The translations under genes and the position numbers were made by a program. DNA of 36,664 bases from Hyphomicrobiaceae bacterium. Lineage in GTDB: Bacteria > Pseudomonadota > Alphaproteobacteria > Rhizobiales > Hyphomicrobiaceae. The stretch is taken from NCBI GenBank assembly GCA_025359005.1, contig JANYHP010000425.1, positions 1-36,664 on the forward strand, read 5' to 3'. Position 1 is the first letter of the stretch. Every line of letters begins with the position of its first letter. Positions 8,383-17,268 of this stretch are shown here, in pieces. The notes under the pieces were generated by a model, which was not told the origin of the DNA, ran no database searches, and saw only the letters and a program-made list of their open reading frames with translations.

Positions 8383-8721
8383 TCACTTCCACAAGACCGC
8401 CGCCGCGCTCATGGCAATCCCGGCGATGATCCCGACCAGACCGGCCATGCGGACAGCCTTGGCCATGAAATGCCGCGCCACCGTGCCGCCGACCATTTTC
8501 GCGCGCGCGGTATTGCTGCCGGCCGCGGCGATCTTATCCACGTGGCCCTTCAGATGATCGGGAACGCCGGGCAGCAGGCCACTGCGTGCCGTCGCGATCG
8601 CCGAACTCACGGCAGCACCCCGGATATCGATGCTGTTGCGCTGAGCCCACCGCCATAGCAGGCCGCCCAGCAGCAGCACCGCCAAACCGGCTCCGAGCAG
8701 CCAGGGACTGTGAACCGTCAT
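8383..8721 (-). CDS. Small membrane protein with two TM segments (112 aa)
   Basis: GGAGG RBS 7 nt before ATG 8721. MTVHSPWLLGAGLAVLLLGGLLW and a hydrophobic C-terminus. It is the coding 3' part of track ORF 8383..9588, whose upstream part is antisense to ruvC. Confidence 0.75.
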   Translation of the reverse strand: MTVHSPWLLGAGLAVLLLGGLLWRWAQRNSIDIRGAAVSSAIATARSGLLPGVPDHLKGHVDKIAAAGSNTARAKMVGGTVARHFMAKAVRMAGLVGIIAGIAMSAAAVLWK

Positions 8722-8874
8722 CGATCCGCCTCCAAACGATTGCCACGCACAACCGTGCCCTGTCGCATCCCCTTCAGCAAGCTGAGACTGTAGTTGGGCA
8801 AGATTGCAGCAAGCTGTGTCCTCACGCGGCGGTGCGCCTCGCCATCGCCCGCACGACCGTGTTAGCGACAGGAT

Positions 8875-9408
8875 ATGAAAACCACAGCGATTCGTATCAT
8901 CGGCATCGATCCTGGCCTCCGCCGCACCGGTTGGGGTGTCATCGAATCCGACGGCGTCCGCCTCTCCTATGTGGCCAGCGGCGCGATCACCTCGGACGCC
9001 GACGATATGCTGGCGGTTCGCCTCGCCGATCTCTTCCGCGGCCTCGGCGCAGTGCTCGCCGAGTATGCGCCGCAGGAAGCCGCCGTCGAAGAAACCTTCG
9101 TCAACGAGAACGCCAAGGCCACCCTCAAGCTCGGCCAGGCCCGCGGCATCGCCATGCTGGCGCCGGCCATGAAGTCGATCCGCGTCGCCGAATACACACC
9201 AAATCTCATCAAGAAGACCGTCGTCGGCGCCGGCCATGCCGAGAAAAAGCAAGTGCAGATGATGGTGCAGATGCTGTTGCCCAAGGCACGCTTCGGGACC
9301 GCCGACGAAGCTGACGCGCTTGCCATCGCCATCTGTCACGCCAATCATCGCTCGAGCCCGCACGCGCTTGCCCTCGCCCAGCGCGTCGCACTGGCCGAAG
9401 CGCGCTGA
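8875..9408 (+). CDS. ruvC: Crossover junction endodeoxyribonuclease RuvC
   Basis: [41 protein letters not shown] and [12 protein letters not shown]; the acidic catalytic residues are present. Confidence 0.97.
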   Translation: MKTTAIRIIGIDPGLRRTGWGVIESDGVRLSYVASGAITSDADDMLAVRLADLFRGLGAVLAEYAPQEAAVEETFVNENAKATLKLGQARGIAMLAPAMKSIRVAEYTPNLIKKTVVGAGHAEKKQVQMMVQMLLPKARFGTADEADALAIAICHANHRSSPHALALAQRVALAEAR

Positions 9409-9435
9409 CATCGAGCGCACTGGAGACCGCAGACC

Positions 9436-10056
9436 ATGATCGGCAAGTTGCGCGGCAAGGTGGATGCGGTGGGCGAAAGCCATCTCATTCTGGACGTGGG
9501 CGGTGTCGGCTACGAGGTGCTCGCCTCGGCGCGCACGCTGCGCAATCTCAAGGCCGGCGACGAGGCGTCCCTCACCATCGACACGCACGTGCGCGAGGAC
9601 AGCATCAAGTTGTATGGCTTCACCAGCGAGGTGGAACGCACCTGGTTCCGCACGCTCCAGACCATTCAGGGCGTTGGCGCCAAAGTCGCCCTCGCAGTGC
9701 TCGGCACGCTGTCACCGCAAGATCTCGCTAACGCCATCGCGCTAGCCGACTGGCAGGCCGTCGAACAGACGCCGGGCGTCGGCAAGAAACTCGCGCTCCG
9801 CGTCGTCGCCGAACTGAAAGACAAGGCACCGGGCCTCGCAGTCGGCAGCCTCCCCATGCCCGCCGGTACAGCGCTGGCGTCCGACACCACGTCCACCGTC
9901 GGCAACGCGCCCGCTGAGGCGATCTCGGCGCTTACCAACCTCGGCTATCAGCCCCATCAAGCGAGCCAGGCCGTCGCCGTCGCCATGAAAGACCTCGGCG
10001 ATGGTGCCGAGTTAGCCAAACTGATCCGCCGCGGTTTGCGCGAACTCGCGCGATAA
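9436..10056 (+). CDS. ruvA: Holliday junction branch migration protein RuvA
   Basis: [24 protein letters not shown], HhH motifs GVGAKVA and PGVGKKLA, and domain [14 protein letters not shown]. Confidence 0.97.
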   Translation: MIGKLRGKVDAVGESHLILDVGGVGYEVLASARTLRNLKAGDEASLTIDTHVREDSIKLYGFTSEVERTWFRTLQTIQGVGAKVALAVLGTLSPQDLANAIALADWQAVEQTPGVGKKLALRVVAELKDKAPGLAVGSLPMPAGTALASDTTSTVGNAPAEAISALTNLGYQPHQASQAVAVAMKDLGDGAELAKLIRRGLRELAR

Positions 10057-10064
10057 GCCGCGCC

Positions 10065-11534
10065 TCACTTCTGCAGCGCAGGCGGCGTCACCTGCATCGG
10101 CGGCAGCCCCGACCCTTGCGGCTTCATCATCTCGAGGAAGCGCTTCTCTGTCTCCTCCGCGCTCAATTGCGGCGCAACGCTGGCCACCGGCTTGTCCAGC
10201 AGATGCGTCAGCGCCGGATTTGCCAGCACGAGCGCCAACACCAGCACTTGGGCTGCGAGAAATGGCGCCAGCGCCGCAATCGTCGCGCCAAGCGTCGCCC
10301 CTGTCCGCAGATTGGCGCGCGCCAGCACCAGCGCCGCGCCGAACGGCGGCAACAGAAAGCTCGTCTGCAACACCAGCAGGATCAGCACACCAACCCAAAC
10401 CGCGTCCGGCGCCCGCATCAACAGCGGCGGCGCCAGCACTGGCACCACCACGAAGATGATCTCGAACGCATCCAGCGCCAGCGCAGAAAGCGCGATGGCC
10501 GCAAGCCCCACGGCAATCACCGTGGCCGGACCACCGGGCAACCCCGTGATCGCCGCCTCGACCAGCTTGTCGGTACCGAGCAACCGCAGCACCAGCGTGA
10601 ACGTCGTTGCCGCCAGCAGGGGCGCGAACAGCACGCCGGTGCCCACCAGCGTCTCCGACAGCACACGACCGAGTTCGCCACCGCTGAGCCGGCCGCGGAT
10701 CGCCGCCCACACGAACAGTGCCACCACCCCCGCCGCCGCCGCCTCCACCGCGTAGAACGCGCCCGCAGCGACCCCGCCGAGCAGGCCGCCGATGGCCGCA
10801 CACGCCGCCGCCGCCGTGATCCAATCACGCCCCGTTGGCCGCGGCACGACGCCCGACGTTCGCGCAGACCGCCGCCCCAACAGTGCCGCCACGCCGATTG
10901 CCAGCACCACGAACAACGCCGCCGCCGGCAACGCACCCCGCATCAAGTCCTGCGTGTTGACGATGCGGTCGCGGGCGCCGGTCGCATTCGACGCGATCGT
11001 GTGCGCGGTGAGCAGCGCGTCGCCGAGCAGGATCAGCACCAGCGAGGGCGGCACCACCACGCCGAGTGTCCCCGCAACCGCGATCATCGCCTCGCGCAGC
11101 GCGCCACTCACACCAGCATCCGCCAGCCGCGGGCCGACCGTGCGCGTCATGGCCAGCACGCTGGCGCCGACCGAACCGTTCATGGGGCCCAGCAACGCAC
11201 CCAAACCGATCCCGGCCACCAGCGGCGCGCGCGGGCCACCACCCGCGAGTGCTGCGAAACTCCGGAAGATAGCTTCCGCCAGGCCGAGCCGGTCGAGCAG
11301 CGCGCCCATCAGCAGATAGAGCGGCAGCGCCTGCAGCAGATCGCTTTCCAGCAGATTGATCAGCCGCCCCGGCAAAGCGCCGAGCAGATCGAGCGTGACC
11401 ACACCACTCACCAGTCCGGCCAGCGCTCCAACCATCGCCGCCAGGAGCAGCGCCAGATAGGCGGGAATGCCCGTCGCCAACACCGTGACCGCCACCAGCC
11501 CCAGCAGCACCAAACCGAATGCAGCAACGCTCAT
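10065..11534 (-). CDS. dctM: TRAP transporter large permease subunit (DctM, FcbT3-like)
   Basis: Very hydrophobic. LQALPLYLLMG, GSVGASV, GTLGVVVPPSLVLI, LDAFEIIFVVVP and QTSFLLPPFG. ATG 11534 overlaps the dctQ stop (ATGA). Confidence 0.9.
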   Translation of the reverse strand: MSVAAFGLVLLGLVAVTVLATGIPAYLALLLAAMVGALAGLVSGVVTLDLLGALPGRLINLLESDLLQALPLYLLMGALLDRLGLAEAIFRSFAALAGGGPRAPLVAGIGLGALLGPMNGSVGASVLAMTRTVGPRLADAGVSGALREAMIAVAGTLGVVVPPSLVLILLGDALLTAHTIASNATGARDRIVNTQDLMRGALPAAALFVVLAIGVAALLGRRSARTSGVVPRPTGRDWITAAAACAAIGGLLGGVAAGAFYAVEAAAAGVVALFVWAAIRGRLSGGELGRVLSETLVGTGVLFAPLLAATTFTLVLRLLGTDKLVEAAITGLPGGPATVIAVGLAAIALSALALDAFEIIFVVVPVLAPPLLMRAPDAVWVGVLILLVLQTSFLLPPFGAALVLARANLRTGATLGATIAALAPFLAAQVLVLALVLANPALTHLLDKPVASVAPQLSAEETEKRFLEMMKPQGSGLPPMQVTPPALQK

Positions 11535-12013
11535 GACCCGGTGTCCGATCGCGCCCGCTTGAGATCCACGACCGCCTGCGTCAGCACCAGCAGCATCAGC
11601 AGCGCCAGCGCCGCCTTCAACACGAAATAAGCGGGGTTGCCGGTATCTGGAAATCGCTCCAGCCCCGCCACGGAGGCAGCGATCGGTCGCGCCCCCGCGT
11701 AAAGAACGAACAGCGCCCACGGCACCAGCGCAAACAGCGTTGCCAACGCCGTCAACCGCCTTCGCGTCTTGGCCCGCAACCTCTGCGCAAAAGCATCGCT
11801 CGCCAGATGCGCGTTGGCCCGCGTTGCCGCCACCACGCTCGCCGCCACGAACAGCGCGAACAGCCACTGTCCGATATCGTTGGCCTCCCGCGACCAGGCC
11901 CTGATAACCTCGCGCAACGGCCATTGCAGGAACAGCAGCGCCGCCACCGGCAACGCCAGCCAGCGCATCGCCGCCAACAGCCCTGCGACGCCCCGATCAC
12001 ACAATCGTTCCAT
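11531..12013 (-). CDS. dctQ: TRAP transporter small permease subunit (DctQ)
   Basis: Four TM segments, a HLASD motif (equivalent to HvrvD) and translational coupling to dctM. Confidence 0.8.
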   Translation of the reverse strand: MERLCDRGVAGLLAAMRWLALPVAALLFLQWPLREVIRAWSREANDIGQWLFALFVAASVVAATRANAHLASDAFAQRLRAKTRRRLTALATLFALVPWALFVLYAGARPIAASVAGLERFPDTGNPAYFVLKAALALLMLLVLTQAVVDLKRARSDTGS

Positions 12014-12039
12014 GCCGATGCCCCTGCTTCAGCCCCCGG

Positions 12040-12426
12040 CTACCGTGCCCGCTCGATCGTCACCCGGCTGACGACCTGCCCCGTTGCCAGGTCCAAAATC
12101 GTGATTGCCGCGCCGCCGCCGGCCATGCTGTGGCTGACGGCGACCCGCGTCCCCGACAGGCTCACTTGGCTGATCTCGGCGCCCGCCGGCAGCGCCAGCC
12201 GCACGTCGCCCAACAGCGCCGGCGCCACCGCGGATGCCTGCGCCACTGCCGTCCCTTGCGTTCCCGAGCCCCGCACGAGATAGATGACCCGCCCGATCAA
12301 TAGTACGACGCCAGCGATCAGGATCGCCGTCATGCCGACGATAGCGCGGCGCAGCAGACGAACCTGTCGGTCGGAGAGTAGAGCGCCCGCTTGCGGATCA
12401 GGCGTTCCTTGAGAGGGGATGGTCAT
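12040..12426 (-). CDS. Small single-pass membrane protein (DUF6476-like), divergent from rluD
   Basis: One TM segment (AIVGMTAILIAGVVLLIG), then LALPAGAEI...ITILDLATG. This type of gene commonly lies head-to-head with rluD in alphaproteobacteria. Confidence 0.7.
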   Translation of the reverse strand: MTIPSQGTPDPQAGALLSDRQVRLLRRAIVGMTAILIAGVVLLIGRVIYLVRGSGTQGTAVAQASAVAPALLGDVRLALPAGAEISQVSLSGTRVAVSHSMAGGGAAITILDLATGQVVSRVTIERAR

Positions 12427-12465
12427 GCTGGTTTGCAACACTCAGTTTTTCGAAACTCGGACACC

Positions 12466-13485
12466 ATGACGACCTTTCCGGACGACAAGCACGTCACCGT
12501 TGAAGACGCCGACGCCGGCCGGCGCCTGGACGTGGTGCTGGCGCGCGCCTTGCCGGACGTTTCGCGCGCCCGCCTGCAGGCGCTCATCCGGGCCGGCGCG
12601 GTCATGCGGCCTGATGGCTTAACGATAGAGGGGCCAAACAGCAGGGTCAAACCCGGCGAGCACTATCTGATCCGTGTACCTGAGGCCGTGGCGCCCGTTC
12701 CCGTCGGCGAGGCCATCGCGCTGAGCATCGTGCACGAGGACCGCGCCGTCATCGTCATCGACAAGCCGGCCGGCCTGGTGGTCCACCCAGCCGCCGGCCA
12801 CGCCACCGGCACCTTGGTCAACGCGCTGATCGCCCACTGCGGCGACAGCCTGTCCGGCATCGGCGGCGTCCGGCGGCCCGGCATCGTCCACCGGCTCGAC
12901 AAGGACACCAGCGGGTTGATGGTGATCGCCAAGACGGATGCCGCCCATCAGAGTCTCAGCGCGCAATTCGCCGCGCACGGCGCCGACGGCCGCCTCGAGC
13001 GCGGCTACGCGGCATTGGTCTGGGGCATTCCAACCCCCCCGGCCGGCCGCGTCGAGACGTTCCTTGGGCGCAAAGCCAACGACCGGACGCGCATGGCCGT
13101 CGTCCGCCAAGACCACGGCCGCCACGCAGCGACCCGCTATCATGTGGCCGAAACCTATCCAGCCAGCCATCCCGAACGCAGTCCGGCCCCGACCGCGCTG
13201 GTTCGCTGCACCTTGGAAACCGGCCGTACCCATCAGGTGCGCGTCCACCTCGCCCATCTCGGCCATCCCCTGCTCGGCGACGCCACGTATGCGACTGGCT
13301 ATAAGACCCGCATCCCCAAGCTCGGCGCAACAGCTCAGTCCGCGTTGAAGGCTCTCGCGCGTCAGGCCCTGCATGCTGAACTGCTGGTCTTCGAGCATCC
13401 CACCAGCGCCAAGAGCCTCCGGTTCATCTCGGCCCTGCCGCCCGACATTGCCGACTTGCGAGCGGCGTTGGAGCGCGGCGACTGA
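12466..13485 (+). CDS. rluD: RluA-family 23S rRNA pseudouridine synthase (RluD type)
   Basis: S4-like N-terminus (RLDVVLA..SRARLQ), DKPAGLVVHP, catalytic GIVHRLDKDTSG, LETGRTHQVRVH and RQALHA. Confidence 0.93.
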   Translation: MTTFPDDKHVTVEDADAGRRLDVVLARALPDVSRARLQALIRAGAVMRPDGLTIEGPNSRVKPGEHYLIRVPEAVAPVPVGEAIALSIVHEDRAVIVIDKPAGLVVHPAAGHATGTLVNALIAHCGDSLSGIGGVRRPGIVHRLDKDTSGLMVIAKTDAAHQSLSAQFAAHGADGRLERGYAALVWGIPTPPAGRVETFLGRKANDRTRMAVVRQDHGRHAATRYHVAETYPASHPERSPAPTALVRCTLETGRTHQVRVHLAHLGHPLLGDATYATGYKTRIPKLGATAQSALKALARQALHAELLVFEHPTSAKSLRFISALPPDIADLRAALERGD

Positions 13486-13660
13486 GTCCGCTGGCCCTTT
13501 CCATGTCTTTAGGGAGAGGCAATTTTGCAACAATCGCATATAATCGACCATCGGCCCTTGGCTGTCATCGCAACGCCATCCATGTCTGTGACGCGGTTCT
13601 GTGCTGATGGGTCGCAAGCCCATCACTCCCGAGATCGCCTGCCAATCCACGGAGTTGCCC

Positions 13661-14161
13661 ATGCCCCGTCGCATTATGCACCGAGCAAGCGTGGCCGCGA
13701 CGGCCACCGCTTTGATTACGCTTTCGTCCCTTTCACTCGGCTACGCCGAGGCGGCTGGCGCCTTTGCCAATTTCACCGGCTCCTGGTCCGGCGGCGGCAA
13801 GATGCATCTTGAAGGCGGTCGCACCGAGCAGCTCCGCTGCAAGGCCTACTACAGCGACAAGAGCGGCGGCACGGCTCTTGGTATCTCGCTCCGCTGCGCC
13901 AGCAGCGCCAGCAAGGTGGAGCTGCGCGCCAACCTCGTGGCCAGCGGCACGCATGTCACCGGTGATTGGGAGGAACGGCAGTTCAATGTCGCCGGACGCG
14001 CCAACGGCTCCGCCAGCGGCAACCACATCTCACTCGCCATCAACGGCGGCGGGCTCACAGGCTCGATGTCGGTGACGACCAACGGCAAGACTCAGACGGT
14101 CTCTGTGTCTGCCGAGAACGTCGCCCTGAAGGGCCTGCAGATCGCCCTCGCGCGGGACTGA
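13661..14161 (+). CDS. Secreted hypothetical beta-rich protein
   Basis: Signal peptide ending AEA, a GSWSGGG motif and two Cys (LRCKA, LRCAS). Start at 13661 or 13676. Confidence 0.75.
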   Translation: MPRRIMHRASVAATATALITLSSLSLGYAEAAGAFANFTGSWSGGGKMHLEGGRTEQLRCKAYYSDKSGGTALGISLRCASSASKVELRANLVASGTHVTGDWEERQFNVAGRANGSASGNHISLAINGGGLTGSMSVTTNGKTQTVSVSAENVALKGLQIALARD

Positions 14162-14172
14162 CGAGGCGCACC

Positions 14173-14209
14173 AAAAAAAACGCCGGACGCCTGGGGAGGG
14201 CGTCCGGCG
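14173..14209 (-). terminator. Rho-independent terminator for the RTX-repeat gene
   Basis: Perfect 11-bp stem CGCCGGACGCC/GGCGTCCGGCG. A8 on the + strand gives U8 after the stem on the - strand. It lies between convergent genes. Confidence 0.85.
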
Positions 14210-14253
14210 CACGTTCATGCGCCGCCCGATTCGGGGCGGGCAGCGCACGAAAA

Positions 14254-15663
14254 TCAAACCAGCAGCATGCCCGCCTTGAGCAGGTCGGCGGCGGTGGTGT
14301 TGTGCACACCTTCGAGCACCGCGACGTCGACAAAGCTGCCACCGACCTTGGCCCACAAGTGTGATCCCTCGGCCGAGTCGACGAGCTTGACGTTCCCGGC
14401 ATTGGCCGCCTGGCTACCCTGGAAGAGCGCGTGCAGATCAAGCACGTCGTGGCCGTTGCCGAAGTCCTTGATGGTGTCGATGCCGGTGCCGACATCCTTC
14501 TTGCCCCACACGAACGTATCGTCGCCGGCGCCACCGAACAGCGTGTCGGCGCCCTTGCCGCCGCGGAGGATATCGTTGCCGGCCCCGCCGTCGAGAGCAT
14601 TGTTGCCCTTGTCGCCGATCAGCACGTCGTTAAAGGCACTGCCGCGGACTGCTTCGACGCCTGAGATGGTGTCGCTGCCGAAGCCGGTCGCAGTGTGCGC
14701 ATTGAGATTGACGTGCACGCCGTTGGTGGCGTTGGCGAAGTCGATCGTGTCGTAACCAGCCCCGCCCACCACCGTGTCGTTGCCGCCGCCGGCAAAGATA
14801 TAATCGTTACCCGCGCCGCCATTGACATGGTTGGTGCCCGTGCCGCCGTTGAGCACGTCGTCGCCCGTGCCGCCGAACAGCGTGTCGTTGCCGGCGCCGC
14901 CGTTGATATGATCGCGACCCGACAGGCCGATCAGCGTGTCATCGCCTGCGTTGCCGTTGATGGCGTCGTTATAGTCGTGCGCGCCGTGGCCGCCCTGGGT
15001 CGCATGCGCCATCATCGTTGCATTGGCCGTGCCGATGTCGATGGTGAAGTTGGCGTCGTGGAAGTTCTGGTCGCCGCCGTTCAGCAAATCTTCGAACGCG
15101 ACATGCATCTGCCCGGTGACGGGGTCCGTTGTCACCTTTGCGTGCTGGAAGCCATCGACGTTGTCGTTCGTGTTGGTGGTGAACAGGTTCGTCCAGTATT
15201 CGGTATGCACGTTCGACCACTGGTCGTTGGACGAGTGGAACGCCAACTGCATCGGCTGGCCCGAGTTCACGTTGGCCGGCGCGCCGTCGGAGGTGTTGAC
15301 GAGATGGAACGAACCGCCGTCCTTCATCATGCCCGCGATATCGGATTGACCGGCAGCGTTAGGCGCCACGAAGAAGCCGATGTGCTGGCCCGCTTTCAGC
15401 GCCATATCGAATGCAGACGGCCCACCCGCCACACCGCCGGCCGAAACGTTGCTGAACAGCAGCTGCGTCGAGGTGATTTTTCCCGTATCGTCGTAGGTAT
15501 ACATGCCAACGGTGTTGTGATAGCCGGCGCCAGAGCCGTCAAAGTGCACGTGCGCGGTCACGCTTTGGTGGATTGTCATCTTGTCGAGCGCGACCGACTG
15601 CGAGCGATTGCCCGCGTCGCCGATCAGCGTGTCGTTGCCGTTTGTGCCTTGAAATACTGCCAT
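14254..15663 (-). CDS. DUF4114-like domain + RTX (hemolysin-type Ca-binding) repeat protein, probable type I secretion substrate
   Basis: GGAG RBS before ATG 15663 and no Sec signal. [10 protein letters not shown]...[15 protein letters not shown] is DUF4114-like. About 13 GGxGxD-type nonapeptides and a C-terminal DTIKDF...DVLDL. Confidence 0.85.
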   Translation of the reverse strand: MAVFQGTNGNDTLIGDAGNRSQSVALDKMTIHQSVTAHVHFDGSGAGYHNTVGMYTYDDTGKITSTQLLFSNVSAGGVAGGPSAFDMALKAGQHIGFFVAPNAAGQSDIAGMMKDGGSFHLVNTSDGAPANVNSGQPMQLAFHSSNDQWSNVHTEYWTNLFTTNTNDNVDGFQHAKVTTDPVTGQMHVAFEDLLNGGDQNFHDANFTIDIGTANATMMAHATQGGHGAHDYNDAINGNAGDDTLIGLSGRDHINGGAGNDTLFGGTGDDVLNGGTGTNHVNGGAGNDYIFAGGGNDTVVGGAGYDTIDFANATNGVHVNLNAHTATGFGSDTISGVEAVRGSAFNDVLIGDKGNNALDGGAGNDILRGGKGADTLFGGAGDDTFVWGKKDVGTGIDTIKDFGNGHDVLDLHALFQGSQAANAGNVKLVDSAEGSHLWAKVGGSFVDVAVLEGVHNTTAADLLKAGMLLV

Positions 15664-15834
15664 TTCACTCCGCACGTCCCGTGCGGCTCCCTGATCTGTC
15701 TTCGGTCTCGTTGCTGACGCCTGCTGGTGCCGGCGCTCCGTGCTCAGTCATACCTATGAAGTATCGAGGAAGTGCCCTATGCGGGTCGCTGCATTTGCAG
15801 CAATTGCCGGGCACTTCCTTAACGTTTGCGCGCC

Positions 15835-17268
15835 TTACCAGGCGATGCCCTGGTAGCCGGCGTTGTCGACCGGCAGCACCTTGTAGAGACGTGCCAAGTC
15901 GATCACCGGCTGGCCCGGACGACGGGCCTCGATCGCGCGGCGGAACTCGTCGGTGGCGTGACTGACGACGATGACATCAGCATTCGCGCAGAGCGTATCG
16001 GCGTCGGCGAGGCACATGCTTTCCATGCCGTCCATCACCCGCGCCTGGCTCGGGCAGGCGTGACGCACGTAGGCGATCTGGCCCAACAGGTTGTCGTTGA
16101 AGCGGAGGTTGGGATCGTAAACCTTGAGGCTCGCACCCTTGGCTTCCAGCATCGCCATCAATTCCAATGTGGGGCTTTCACGCAGATCGTCGGTGCCTGG
16201 CTTGAAAGTGACGCCGAGGAAACCGATGCGCTGTGCGCCGCGATCATCCATCAGCGCTTCGACGAGACGCGCGGCTTCGGCGATGTGGCGCTGATTGGTA
16301 ACGCCGAGCGATTGGATCAGCGGCAGATCGCAATCCTGCGCTTCGGCCAGATGAGCCACAGCGCGTACTTCCTTCGGCAGGCAAGAGCCGCCGAACGCGA
16401 AGCCGGGCTTGAGGTAATAAGGCGACAGGTTGAGCTTGGTATCGGTGACGAAGATGTTCATCACTTCGTGGCTGTCGATGTCGAGCGACTTGCAGAGACG
16501 GCCGATCTCGTTCCCGAACGCCACTTTCGTCGCGTGCCAGACGTTATCGACGTACTTGACCATTTCCGCGCCGGCGATCGAACAGAACTGGATGTTCTTG
16601 TCGACGGCCCCATAGATGCGCGACACGATCTCTTCGGTGCGCTTGTCCGAGGCGCCAACGACCGTTTTCGGTGGCGCGTAGAAATCGGCGACGGCGACGC
16701 CTTCGCGCAGGAATTCCGGATTGAACGCGATGCCGAAATCGAGGCCGAGCTTTTTGCCCGAGGCCGCAGCCACTTCGACGGCGACGCAATCGAGCGTGGT
16801 GCCGGGCGGTACCGAGCAACACAGCACGACGACGTGGAAGCCCTCTTTCATGGCCAGCGCCTGGCCTATGGCGCGGCTGGCCTGGCGCACGTAGGTGAGA
16901 TCGCAGCTACCGTCCGGCGCGGTCGGCGTGCCGACCGAGAGGAACGTCACGTCGGTGCCGAGCACGGCGGCAACCAGGTTCTGCGTCGCATCGATGCGAC
17001 CGAGACGGACTCCTTCGGCGAGCAGCTCGCCCAAGCGCTCTTCGACGATCGGCGAACGCCCTTCCTTAACGGCACGCACCTTCTCGAGGCTCACATCGAC
17101 GCCGGTCATGGAAAAGCCGAGATGGGCGAGGCATGCGCACGAAACGGCACCGACGTATCCAAGGCCGATCACCGAGATCGACGGCTTGGCTGCATCTGCG
17201 GTGGTGTTGATTGTCTGCTGGATGGACTGGCCGGCGTTGGCGCCGAATTGCTGATGCACGAGATTCAT
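15835..17268 (-). CDS. algD: GDP-mannose 6-dehydrogenase
   Basis: GLGYVG Rossmann motif, GRSPIVE, NPEFLRE, KYVDNVWHATKVAFGNEIG, KLNLSPYYLKPGFAFGGSCLPK (catalytic Cys), GTDDLRESP and a C-terminal GIAW. These match AlgD-specific segments rather than generic UDP-glucose dehydrogenase. Confidence 0.9.
   Translation of the reverse strand: MNLVHQQFGANAGQSIQQTINTTADAAKPSISVIGLGYVGAVSCACLAHLGFSMTGVDVSLEKVRAVKEGRSPIVEERLGELLAEGVRLGRIDATQNLVAAVLGTDVTFLSVGTPTAPDGSCDLTYVRQASRAIGQALAMKEGFHVVVLCCSVPPGTTLDCVAVEVAAASGKKLGLDFGIAFNPEFLREGVAVADFYAPPKTVVGASDKRTEEIVSRIYGAVDKNIQFCSIAGAEMVKYVDNVWHATKVAFGNEIGRLCKSLDIDSHEVMNIFVTDTKLNLSPYYLKPGFAFGGSCLPKEVRAVAHLAEAQDCDLPLIQSLGVTNQRHIAEAARLVEALMDDRGAQRIGFLGVTFKPGTDDLRESPTLELMAMLEAKGASLKVYDPNLRFNDNLLGQIAYVRHACPSQARVMDGMESMCLADADTLCANADVIVVSHATDEFRRAIEARRPGQPVIDLARLYKVLPVDNAGYQGIAW

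Noticed and set aside
8722..9588. Long N-terminal part of the 401-aa minus ORF 8383..9588
   Set aside because: Antisense to ruvC/ruvA. A good RBS and ATG at 8721 define the real short gene.
14500..14960. Tandem DNA repeats or CRISPR-like periodicity
   Set aside because: The 27-nt periodicity is explained by RTX nonapeptide codons. There are no identical repeats with unique spacers and no cas genes.
14254..15663. RTX protein as an AlgE-type mannuronan C-5 epimerase
   Set aside because: There is no roughly 385-aa parallel beta-helix A-module and no YG(F/I)DPH(D/E) catalytic motif. Only the RTX repeats are shared.
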